Assembly (NCBI RefSeq): GCF_004010195.1
Contig: NC_057718.1
Coordinates: 15,729,416-15,761,674, forward strand
Direction of reading: 5' to 3'
DNA: 32,259 bases
DNA from: Chiloscyllium plagiosum
Taxonomy: Eukaryota
The stretch's first letter is position 1; each line of letters opens with the position of its first letter. Shown here piece after piece: positions 21,288 through 32,259 of this stretch. The notes below the pieces were generated by a model, which was not told the DNA's origin, made no database searches, and worked only from the letters and a program-made list of their open reading frames with translations. Position numbers and translations under genes: made by a program.

Positions 21288-24000
21288 AGGAGAAAGTGAG
21301 GACTGCAGATGCTGGAGATCAGAGTTGACAGTGTGTTGTTGGAAAAGTACAGCAGGTCAGGCAGCATCCGAGGAGCAGAAGAATTGGCGTTTCGGGCATA
21401 AGCCCTTCATCAGGAATGAGGCTTGTGGGTCAGGGCTGAGAGATAAATGGGAGGGGAGTGGAGTTGTGGGGGGAAGATGGCTGGGAAAGCAATAGGTGAT
21501 TAAGGTGAGGGAGAAGGTGACTGGTCAGGGGGGGAGGGATGGACAGGTCCAGAGGGTGGTACTGAGTTGGAGGCTTGGGATTGGTATAATGTGGGGGGAA
21601 GGGAAATGAGGAAGCTGTTGAAATCCACATTTATCCTGTGTGGTTGCAGGTCCCAAGGTGGAATATGAGGAGTTCTTTCTCGAGGTGTCGGGTGCTAACA
21701 GTTTGGCAGTGGAGGAGGCCCAGGACCTGCATGTTCTTGATGGTGTGGGTGGGGAAGTTGAAGTGTTCAGCCACAGAGCACTAGGGTTGGTGGGTGTGGG
21801 TGTCCCAGAGATGTTCTCTGAAACGATCCACAAGAAGGCATCCTGTCTCCCCAATGTAGAGGAGACCACACCGAATGCAACAGATGCAATAGATAACATT
21901 GGTAGAAGTACAGGTGAATTTCTGATGGATGTGGAAGGATCCCTTGGGGCCTTGGACAGAGTTGAGGGGAGTGGCATGGGGGCAGGTTTTGCACTTCCTG
22001 CCGTGGCAGGGAAAGGTGCCTGAGTGGGGTGTGGGCTGGTGGGGGTGTGGACCTGACAAGGGAGTCATGGATGTATTGGTCTTTTCGGAATGCTGATAGG
22101 GTTGGGAAGGGAAATATATCTTTGTGGTGGGGTCCTTTTGGAGGTGGCGAAAGTGGCAGAGGATGATGCAATATGCAGAGATTGGTGGGATGGAAGGTGA
22201 GGACCAGAGGGTGGGGGGGGGGGGGGGGGAGGGTTCTGAGCTTGTTGTGTTGGGAGGGGTGGGGTTCAAGGGCAGTGGAATGTGAAGTGGAGGAGATGTG
22301 CTGGAGGGCATTGTTAACCACATGGGAAGGGAAATTGCAATTGTGGAAGATGGAGGCCATTTGGGACTTTCTGAGGTGGAATTGGTCATCCTAAGAACAG
22401 ATGCGACTGAGGCAGAGGAGTTGGGAATAAGTGATGGCATTTTTACAGGAGCCTGGGAGGGGAGGAGATGTAGTGTAGGTAGCTGTGGGAGTTGGTGGGC
22501 TTGTAGATGTCTGTGGTTAGTCGGTCACCAGAGACGGTGATGGAGAGGTCCAGGAAGGGGAGGGAGGTATCTGGGATAGTCCAGGAACTCCCCACCTATG
22601 TTCGTGACACTACCCATGCCCTTTACCTCCAAGATTTTCATTTCCCTGGCCCCCAATGCCTCATCTTCACCATGGACATCCAGTCCCTGTACACATTGAT
22701 CCACCACGATGAAGGTCTCCAAGTCCTCCATTCCTTCCTCTCAAAACGGATGGAAGGTGTTGGTAAAGTTGATGAACTGTTCAACCTCCTCGTGTGAGCA
22801 TGAGCTGGCGCCGATACAGTCATTGATGTAGCGGAGGAAAAGGTGGGGGGTGGTGCTGGTGTAACAGCAGAAGATGGCTGTTACACATATCTGACTAACA
22901 GGCAGGCATAGCTGGGTCCCATGCGGGTGTCCATGGCTACCCCTTTGGTTTGGAGGAAGTGGGAGGATTGGAAGGAGAAGTTGTTGAGGGTGAGGACCAC
23001 TTCAGCCAGGCTGATGAGGGTGTCAGTGGAAGGGTATTGGTTGGGACGTTGTGAGAAGAAGGAATGGAGGACTTGGAGACTTTCATCGTGGTGGATCAAT
23101 GTATACAGGGACTGGATGTCCATGGTGAAGATGAGGCATTGGGGGCCAGGGAAATGAAAATCTTGGAGGTAAAGGGCATGGGTAGTGTCACGAACATAGG
23201 TGGGGAGTTCCTGGACTAAGGGGAACAGGACGGTATTGAGGTAGGAAGAGACGAGTTCAGTGGGACATGGGCAGGCTGAGACAATGGGTTGACCGGGGCA
23301 GTCAAGTTTGTAAATCTTTGGTAGGAGGTAGAATTGGACAGTGCGGGGTACACTGACAATGAGGTTGGAGGCTGTGGATGGGAGATCCAATGGGGTGATG
23401 AGATTGTGGATAGTCTGGGAGATGATGTTTTGACAAGGGGAGGTGATGTCGTGATCAAGGGGCAGTAAGAGGAGGTGTCTGCGAGTTGGCACCTGGCTTC
23501 TGTGGGGTAGAGGTCGGTGAACCACATTACTACTGCACTCCCCCCTTATCTGTGGGTTTGATGGTGAGGTTGGGGTTGGAGTGGAGGGCTGTGTGTTGTG
23601 AGGGCGGGAGGTTGGAATGGTGAGGTGGGTGGCCAGGTTGAGGCAGTCGATGTCACGGTGGCATTTTGAGATGAAGATTTCAAGGGCGGGTAACAGGCCG
23701 GCATGAGGTGTCCAGGTGGATGGGGTGTGTTGGAGGCTGGAGAAGGGGTCGTGGTTGAAAAGGTGGGCCCAGAGGTGGAGACGGTGGAAGAGACGTTCAA
23801 GGTCATAGCGTGTGTCGAACTTGATTAATCTGGGACCATAGAGAAATAAAGGTGAGGCTTTTACTGAGGACTAAACATTCGTCCTTGGTGAGGGGAAGGT
23901 TTGGGGGAATGGTGAACATATAGGCAGGGCTGGGAGCTAGGACCTGGAGTGGAGCTGGAGCTGGAGGTGCGGGCAGAGACAGTTGCTTGAGTGGGCGTGG
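21288..24000 (-). mobile_element. Penelope-like element (Neptune type): RT plus GIY-YIG endonuclease, decayed
   Basis: FYLLPKIYK, PIVSAC, FTMDIQSLYT, KGVAMDTRMGPSYACL, linker GTFPCHGRKCKTC, and NVIYCICCIRCGLLYIGETG...RFREH. Terminal hammerhead at 21387-21413. The 5' boundary is approximate. Confidence 0.92.
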
Positions 24001-24234
24001 ATGAGGAATCTTACATGTTCCTTTGAAAGTCAAATGTGAATTGATCAGGTTGAAGGGACCAGACCACTATCACAAGAAGAATTCAAAAAAGATCTTTTGA
24101 ATTCAATCAGTATTTCTAAGGGTAGACAGAAAATTCTTGATCATGGTTTACCTCAAGTATGAATAGCTTTTCATATCTCATCTGAAACCTGACAAAATAA
24201 GAGCTGACCACACTAATGGCTCAAGTAATGTAAG

Positions 24235-25400
24235 AGTTGATAGACATGATATGTATGAACTTCAATAAAAGCGTTCGACAAGGTTCCTCATGGGAGGCTA
24301 GTTAGCAAGGTGAGATCTCATGGAATATAGGGAGAACTAGCCATTTGGATACAGAAATGGCTCGAAGGTAGAAGACAGAAGGTGGTGGTGAAGGGTTGCT
24401 TTTCAGGCTTGAGACCTGTTACCAGTGGTGTGCCACAAGGATCGGTGCTGGATTATATAAATGATTTGGATGTGAGCATAACAGGTATAGTTAGTAAGTT
24501 TGCTGATGACACCAAAATTGGAGATGTAGTTGACAGCGAAGAAGATTACCTCAGAATTCATTGGGATCTTGATCAGATGGGCCAATAGGCTGAGGACCGG
24601 CAGGTGGAGTTTATTTTAGATAAATGCGAGGTGCTGCGTTTTGGAAAAGCAAATCAGAGCAGGACTTATACACTTAATGGTAAGATGCTGGGGAGTATTG
24701 CTGAACAAAGAGACCTGGAAGTAAAGGTTCGTAGATCCTTGAAAGTAGAGTCGCAGGTAGATAGGATAGTGAAGAAGGCATTTGGTCTGCTTTCCTTTAT
24801 TGGTCAGAATACTGAGTACAGGAGTTGGGACATCATGGTTAGGCCACTTTTGGAATATTGTGTGCAATTCTGGTTTCGTTCCTATTGGAAGGATGTTGTG
24901 AAACTTGAAAGGATTCAGAAAAGATTTACAAGGATATTGCCAGGATTGGAGGATTTGAGCTATAGGGAGAGGCTGAAAAGACTGGAGCTGTTTTCCTGGA
25001 GCGTCAGAGGCTGAGGGGTGACCTTATAGAGGTTTATAAAATTATGAGGGACGTGGATAGGATAAGTAGACAAAGTCTTTTCCCTGGGGTGGGGGAGTCC
25101 AGAACTAGAGGGCATAGGTTTAGGGTGAGAGGGGGAAGATATAAAAGGGACCTAAGGAGCAATGTTTTCACACAGAGGATGGTGCGTGTATGGAATGACC
25201 TGCCAGAGGAAGTGGTGGAGGCTGGTACAATTATAACATTTAAAAGACATTTGGATGGGTATATGAATAGGAAGGGTTTAGAGAGATATGGACCAGGTGC
25301 TGGCAAATGGGATTAGAATAAGTTAGGATATTTGGTTGGCATGTATTAGTTGGACCATAGGGTCTGTTTCTGTGCTGTAAATCTCTATGACTCTATGACC
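24235..25400 (+). mobile_element. CR1 LINE, 5'-truncated
   Basis: SGVPQGSVL, FADDTKIG, RPLLEYCVQFW, RTRGHRF, WNDLPEEVV. Tail tctctatgactctatgac. Confidence 0.93.
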
Positions 25401-25451
25401 TTGACTAAAATACACAATCTAAAGGTCTGTGCCCTAGGCCTAGGCTAACTC

Positions 25452-25545
25452 AATGATGAAGGGCTTTTGCTCAAAAGGTCAACTCTCCTGCTCCTTGAAT
25501 GCTGCCTGACCTGCTGTGCTTTTCTAGCACCACACTCTCAACTCT
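25452..25545 (+). mobile_element. Short Penelope terminal fragment
   Basis: atgatgaagggcttttgctcaaaa...gctgcctgacctgctgtgcttttctagcac. Flanked by the repeat ctaggctaactcaat (TSD-like). Confidence 0.75.
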
Positions 25546-26026
25546 AGGCTAACTCAATACCTAATATAGAAGAGGATTTACCAATTTAGGTAGAGTCACC
25601 ATTTTAAATTTTGATCTGTTTAAAATTCTGGCTGTGAGTAACCATTTCATTGAGACACCATGAGAGAAACATCTTGAAGCAGCCACTGCTCTCAACAGGG
25701 AGAGGGTATCCAGGATTATTGCACCAAACTAGCTACCAAGTGCCACAATTGGCAGTGCTGTAAAAGTGAAGTCAAATTCCTTTCATTTCATTCCCTGTCG
25801 CTCTGATTACAGAGATATTGCAGATGCTGAATCTAACTTTCAGTTTTCAAATTCTATACTTTGGAAAGTAAATCTTCAAGAAAACCAAGTCAGCAACATT
25901 TCTTTTCATATGTATTAAAAACAAGTCAAATATTCCATGTATCATTATTTTTGATTTTCAATATGGCAGGTTTGATTTTAAGATGGTATCTTGCATTTGA
26001 TCCAGTAATTTTCAGATGTATATACG

Positions 26027-26093
26027 TCAAAATATGAGTGGAATCAGAGCTTTCCTTGATTTTGGGTAGTCATCAAACTTTTCCAGATAGTAT
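26027..26093 (-). CDS. SRD5A2: Steroid 5-alpha-reductase 2-like, last coding exon (exon 5)
   Basis: Acceptor tttag at 26094-26098. Reads (R)YYLEKFDDYPKSRKALIPLIF*, and the phase matches the preceding exon. Not in the ORF track. Confidence 0.9.
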
Positions 26094-26334
26094 CTAAATA
26101 TCATGAAAAGAAAACAATCAGTACAACAGATAACAGAAGAGACAGGGACTCATTCTGTTAAAAATTCCAGGGAAGAAATCCCAAAATATTACTGAAGTGC
26201 AGCTATCAATGCAAATTCCAAACCAAGTTCCTGGCACCTACCCAGACACCTTATCCACTGCAATTTTGCCAACAGTGGGTGAGGCATCAACCCCACAAGG
26301 TGCTTGTAGATATTTTATAATCACTCTGTTCAGA

Positions 26335-26422
26335 TAAGAGAGGCTATTACACACTTTTGGAATGGGGTGGGACTTGAATCGAGGCCTCCTGGGTCAAAAA
26401 TAGGGACACTACCACCGTGCCA
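26335..26422 (-). repeat. tRNA-derived SINE head remnant
   Basis: Minus strand reads tggcacggtggtagtgtccct...gattcaagtcccacc (A-box/B-box-like). Confidence 0.45.
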
Positions 26423-28021
26423 AAGAGTCCAAAACAAGATGTTTGTAAGCTGTCTAGTCGACAGAACACTCCAAGTTTAAATTCCAGCCATGAAATATAG
26501 CATTGGATCAGAAACACCAAAGAAATTCAAGGATATAGGAAACTCCAAATCTGGGGCTGGAGGAATTTTATAGAGGCTACAAGAGTGGGAATTGTGGCAT
26601 GTGAGGTGACTGATTTAGGTGTAATGTCAATTTCCAGACAGCAAATTGAGATGCAGAGATTAAGTCATTAACAGAAATGTGATGCATCAGGGTTCATGCC
26701 ATGTGGCATGTTTGCATTTATAATGTCTTTGTATGCCATGAGTACATAGTATAAAGTTTTTTTGATAACACATTAACTTCAGGATAAAGTCAATGTTGCA
26801 TAATAATTTTCGGGCATCATGTACGTTTGTTTAAAGATTGTCTGCAAGAATTGCCTTTGTGCAGTTGTGTCCAAGGTCACCAAAGTTCCTTGTGAAACTC
26901 TGTGACACAAGGGAATGGGAGCAGGAGAGTGGCAGCTGGCATGGAGGTTTAAAACCACAAAAGATGAGTGTGCTACAGGAGGCTGAAGGTGGGTATTGGA
27001 TTCAGGTGCATGGAGAAGTTAAGTAGGACGAGGCGGGCATTCTGAGTGTGGTATGGGCAGTCACTGAAGTGAAGAAAATAGGGGGCTTAAAGAGTGTTAA
27101 TACTGTTCACATGTGGGACCACCTTAGGGGGTTGAATGGCAGACACCTTCCAGGGTTCTGAGTTCACTCACAACACTTTAATTTCCCCAGTGAATGTGAA
27201 CTGGACAATGTCCATTACAATGCTTGGAAGGGAAGGTCTGCTGTGCCTGCAGGTTCAACCATGTCCCCTTGAGTGGAGGAAATGAGATTGGACATGAACA
27301 TTAACATTCAATCAAGAGTGAACAAAATATAAATGTTTTTTCTACAATAAAAGAAGCATTCCTAATGCCCCTACAATCATCCATGTGTGTCAGCACATTT
27401 AACTCTCTGGCTTAGCTTGTATTAACAAATAACAATGATGCACACATGAATAATGTAATGTGAAATATTTATGACTGGAATTTGAATTTGCAGAAAACAT
27501 CTGTATACCACATTTCTGGTCTCAACAAAGTCTTATTTTATTAGCCATGGAATGTTTAGCCATGATGCAGAACCTGCCTGTATGACCAGGAGACTCTTTT
27601 ATAGCCCAACTATATCTGCTGCACTGTTAGTTTACAGTGGATATCACCACTGAAAAGCTTGGTCTGCCATGGAATTGTGTGCGTGTCCTGCACACATAGC
27701 CAGTGCATTAGGTTTTCATTGCAATCATTTGGAAAGCAGGAAAAAGGCAGATAGCACAAAAGTAACACACAATTCAGTTCTATGATCATGCATGGTGCAC
27801 TCATGACAAAATTCCACATGCAAAGCAAGAATCCCACGGAATCATGTTTACATTCTGCCCAATCGTGCTGTCTCTTGACTTCAGTGGAGGATAAAGTCTA
27901 ACAGAATATTAAACCATTGTCCCACCTCATCCCATCATTTTTTTGACAGAGGGATTTTAATGGGGTAAAATTGCCACGAGATTGATATTGTAAACACATA
28001 TGCTGCAAGCTCACAAATTAC

Positions 28022-28172
28022 CTGTGATGATTGTATGCACGATGACCCAAATAAGAGGCAGTGACAATGGCAAAAACAAAAGCTGGCAAAGTAGAAGTTG
28101 CAATGGCATAGCCAAACCACTCAACAATTTCACCAAAGTAATTTGCTGCTGTGATATATTCAAATAGTCCAC
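28022..28172 (-). CDS. SRD5A2: Steroid 5-alpha-reductase 2-like, exon 4 (151 nt)
   Basis: ttttgcag|...|gtaatt boundaries. GLFEYITAANYFGEIVEWFGYAIATSTLPAFVFAIVTASYLGHRAYNHHR. Confidence 0.92.
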
Positions 28173-29894
28173 CTGCAAAAACAGGAAAGATAATAGCCAA
28201 TCATGTAAACTCCTGTTTGCTGTTTATTAGCTGTTTTCAATAACACCTTGTATTTATATACTGCCTTTAATATAACCTCCCAAAACACTTTACATTGTTT
28301 GAACGGTTTAGGATTCTTGAATGCAAATGAAGTGGTTAGATGTAAGGTGATCACTCTGATTGGCATATGCAGTAGCTGAAAATTTACAGTATCATGTCAT
28401 TATCAGTATTTGTTAAAAACTAGGGTCGAACACTTCTGAACATGAACATGAATACTGTTGGCAAAGGATCCAGGAATAAATATGAGATACAATCCATGAC
28501 ATGAACCTTTAATGTAGTAAAATATGGATCCAAAATTTTGAGCTCAGGAAATACAATTTGCACACTTCTGTTCTTTCCCAGATGTTGACCTGATCCACGT
28601 GTGACTTTGCATGGGATATTTGGTTTCTCAAACAGAGTTCAAGTTCATGGTACCTTGCATGAACTGAGATGGAATACAGTCGTGATGTGGACATAGAGAT
28701 GGGTTGGTTAGAAGCGTACCTTGTTTCTTGGAGCAGCCCAAATGTCAGAATTGTTTAAAGGTTTCCTAAATTTCACACCTAATCCTCCTCATCCCCTATC
28801 CTCCCCCTCTGCCCCTCAGATCACCATGTTATCCCATGCCCGCTAATATTCCCATGCCACTGTATTCCCTGTCCATCTCTCCATGTAACCCATACTCACT
28901 TCATACTCATCTCCCCAGTCCACTCAATACCTCTCTTAACCTCACCTCCCTCATTAACCCAATGACAACCTACACCTCCTCATATCTCCGAATCCTCTCT
29001 CTTACCTCCACATTAGCCATCCAATATCCAGTATCCAATATAGGTAGACCTCCTAATATCTTTGAAATTAACTTTAAAATTGTAATAAAACTGTACCAAT
29101 CTAATATGTATATCATATTCGAAGACATTTCTTACAGAAAAAAGCTCTCCTCTATAAAACCCATTCAAACATGTAAATCCACTTAAGTGGTCAATCTCTT
29201 AGAAAAAAATAAATTTACATTTATACATCAACTGTTCACCTTTTAATTTTCTCTTAAAATTATGAATCAAAATGTGAATCTCTATTGCTGAAATAAATGC
29301 TCTGGGTCTTTTGAAATTCAGCCAAATATTCATAATATCCTATCAAAACAAATGCCCAGAAATAGAAACAGGGTAGAATACTGAAACTGAAGTGTCACTT
29401 TCTTCACTGTGAAATATATGTCAGTACTTAGATGATGGTTGTCAATGTAATGATCAACTCACATTTGCATGGCAGACTCATCTGATGAAATATTGTTTTA
29501 AACGCCAATCTACAATACAACATCTAATAGAGAAATCTTGAGGAATGAAACAGTTGCCTTTAAGAATGTTGCTGTTTCCATCTACAGCAGGCATCTCCCT
29601 GTCATTGCAGTCATGAATATTCCAAGGAGGTACATTTTTAGGGCTTACAAAACCTGCACCAGCCCATCAGTGTAGTGTTTAGGATAAGGTACAATCTTTA
29701 CATGATTTTCACAATGAGAAACTCAACCTTCGAAGCTAATGTGCATTTTCAATCCAAGGTCATCTCAAAGAACAAAAAGACCTCATGGGTCTCAAAGGGT
29801 TAGGTCCGAAAGGCAAAAGATAATTACTTTGCCAATGAAAAGCGATTCAGCTCAGTGATCCTAAACCTGATGTATGTGAATGCCCAGCACCTAT

Positions 29895-30410
29895 TGATTT
29901 TTATTCACATGTGGGACATGGGCATTGCTGGCTGGACAGCATTTATTACCAACTATTGCCTAGTTGCCCTTAAGAAGGTAGTGGTGAGCTGCCTTCTTGA
30001 ACCGTTGCAGTTTATGTGCTATTGGTAGACCCACTATGCCCTTAGGGAAAGATTCCCAGGATAATGTTTGAAGGAGTATGATTTTCAACTCATCAAGGCT
30101 CCTTTAAAATCAGTTTCTAAATTCATGATCTCTACAGTCTGGAAAGATATGGGCAGAAAAACATGGGAACACCACCATCTGCAAAACCCTTTAGATCGTA
30201 CAGCAACCTGATTTGGAACTACATCACCATTCCTTTGCTGTCACTGGGTCAAATTGCAGGAACTCTCTTCCTAACGCAGTGAGACTGCACCTTCATCAAA
30301 TGGACTTTAGAGGTTCAAGAAGGTGGCTCACCACTGCTTCTCCAGGGCAAATAAATGGATGACAAATGTTGGCCTTGACAGCAGTATTGACAAATGAGGA
30401 ATGAAAACAA
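29895..30410. repeat. Two old SINE/LINE-tail remnants in opposite orientation
   Basis: 29895-30060 (minus) and about 30150-30410 (plus) share gaaggcagctcaccactaccttct...gggcaa...ataaatgctg-like blocks with 860-1200. Confidence 0.45.
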
Positions 30411-30929
30411 AAATCTTCAGAAGACTTGAAGGTAATATTAGAAGCCACAAGATCAATTTCTGCGATTAGCTAGGTTGGCAGGCAGAAATGGTATCTTTTG
30501 TGTATATGCTGTTGAGACACTGTTGACCATCTAGTCCTCATGGCTCACTGCCAAGCCACACCAGTCAGTAACCAGCAGATTCATTACCCAGTTGGATGAT
30601 TATGAATTCTTAGTCTCTTTTTCTAACTAAAATGGAAATTTTAATAACAGATGAACCAAAAACTTTCAGTGCCAACAATCATTCTGTCTTTGCCTGCTGA
30701 CATTTGTTTGGGAGTTGGTCTTGAGTTCCTGAAGTGCTAGCAAGCCTACATTGGGAGTGTAAAGCCAGTAAGTGTGCTCACTATGCCTGATCTCCTGGTA
30801 AACATTGAGGAATTGTTTAACATTATCAAGTCAAAGTTTCACACAGTACTCAAAAATATTTATACCACTTTACAACCTTCTGGTCTCAATATTGATTTCT
30901 ACACCTTCAAATTGTAAACCCATTCCTTC

Positions 30930-31285
30930 CCATATTTAAAAAAAAAGTTTGCTTGTTACAATCTCTGTTACCATGTCTTCACCCTCACCACCACCCTCCC
31001 TCAACTTCAATGGGACTGTCTGTTCTTTTACATCTGGCAGTTAGACACACTGTTATTCTGCCATTCGCACATTCCAATCACTTAATCTGAACTATCAATG
31101 TCCTTTCTTCCCAACACTCCAACTCCACCACCCCCTACCCCCACCATTATTGCATAAATGCTGCTCCCTCCACACTTCATTTCAGCTCTGATAAAGAGTC
31201 ATCTAGACTCGCAACGTTCACTTGGTTTCTCTCCATGGATCTGCCTGACCCACCGTGATTTCCAGCATTTTTTGTTTTCAGTACT
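30930..31285 (+). mobile_element. Old Penelope 3' terminal remnant
   Basis: Degenerate hammerhead ctgataa-agagtcatctagactc-gcaacgtt at 31188-31218, followed by ctgcctgacc...tccagcatttt. Confidence 0.5.
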
Positions 31286-31697
31286 GAAAAATGTTCTATA
31301 GATTTGAACAAAAATGGAAACAATAAAAGTTACAACAATGCAAATAGGGGCTTTGTTGTTTGAAAAAGGTAAGGTTAGAGATCTGTAGTTTGGAGAGGCA
31401 GTGAGAAAGAATGCTAGATTATTCATGTGTAACATTGCCATCATCGTCAATCCATGTCTAACACACCAGAAATATTTTCAGTCATAGATATGGATATCTC
31501 TTACATAACTAATTATCTGATATATTAGTTGTTTCATATACAGAATTTTAATATTTGAATTAATTATATATTTGTTTTAATTGTTTATCATGTATCATCC
31601 AATATATTTTACATCTATATTTACCATTTTAAAGATATTATTTGGTGCTGATCACTCAAGATTTTTAATTTGTGGAAACTTTTGAAGATGATGTTAC

Positions 31698-31799
31698 CTT
31701 TAGGAATATAATATTCCCTGTCATTAGGTTTCCTTAGGCTCAGCAGTATGTTGTCACTGTAAATGTTAATGGATAATCCCACAAAGTATAGAACAACAC
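31698..31799 (-). CDS. SRD5A2: Steroid 5-alpha-reductase 2-like, exon 3 (102 nt)
   Basis: ttttag|...|gtaaca boundaries. GVVLYFVGLSINIYSDNILLSLRKPNDREYYIPKG. Phase is consistent with exon 4. Upstream exons lie outside the window. Confidence 0.92.
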
Positions 31800-31871
31800 C
31801 TAAAATGTAACAGAATAAAAATGGTCCATTGAACATAGTTCAAAATTGAATCCAGACAAATCTATTTTGTT

Positions 31872-32259
31872 AGGAGAAAGTGAAGACTGCAGATGCTGGC
31901 AATCAGAGATGAAAAATGTGTTGCTGGAAAAGAGCAGCAGGTCAGGCAGCATCCAAGGAACAGGAGAATCGACGTTTCGGGCATAAGTCCTTCTTCAGGA
32001 ATGAGGAGGGTGTGCCAAGCAGGCGAAGATAAAAGGTAGGGAGGAGGGACTTGGGGGAGGGGCGTTGGGAATGCAATAGATGGAAGGAAGTTAAGGTGAG
32101 GGTGATAGGCCGGAGAGGGGGTGGGGGCGGTGAGGTCAGGAAGAAGATTGTAGGTCAAGAAGGCAGTGCTGAGTCCAAGGGTTGGGACTGAGACAAGGTG
32201 GGGGGAGGGGAAATGAGGAAGCTGGAGAAATCTGCATTCATCCCTTGTGGTTGGAGGGT
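31872..32259 (-). mobile_element. Neptune-type Penelope 3' end (intronic, runs off the window)
   Basis: Close homologue of 21288-21650. Hammerhead core ctgaaga-aggacttatgccc-gaaacgtc at 31998-31971. Confidence 0.88.

Noticed and set aside
28780..29050. C-rich stretch with a 116-aa ORF
   Set aside because: Low-complexity intronic sequence with no motif or splice support.

Overview
Eukaryotic, repeat-rich DNA. The repeat complement (CR1, V-SINE/HE1-like, Neptune- and Poseidon-type Penelope elements) suggests a cartilaginous fish such as a shark; this is an inference. Left third (1726-13040, minus strand): a decayed class I (gamma/epsilon-like) endogenous retrovirus with tRNA-Ser PBS, gag, in-frame pro-pol, env, PPT and a long 3' LTR. 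It has two unusual modules. One is a 2H-phosphoesterase-like domain between protease and RT. The other is a uromodulin-like tandem EGF/cbEGF pair plus a Thr-rich stretch at the N-terminus of env. It also carries an inverted internal LTR joined at its U5 end to a duplicated pol segment, and a perfect 84-bp-arm Penelope palindrome in env. Middle (13497-20947, plus strand): a Gmr1-like Gypsy LTR element with nested CR1 and Penelope insertions and a 744-N gap. Further right are a Neptune-type Penelope element with an internal inverted duplication, and another CR1. Right end: the last three coding exons of an intact-looking SRD5A2-like gene (minus strand). Many Penelope termini carry minimal hammerhead ribozyme cores. 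All calls come from manual reading and translation; no database searches were run.
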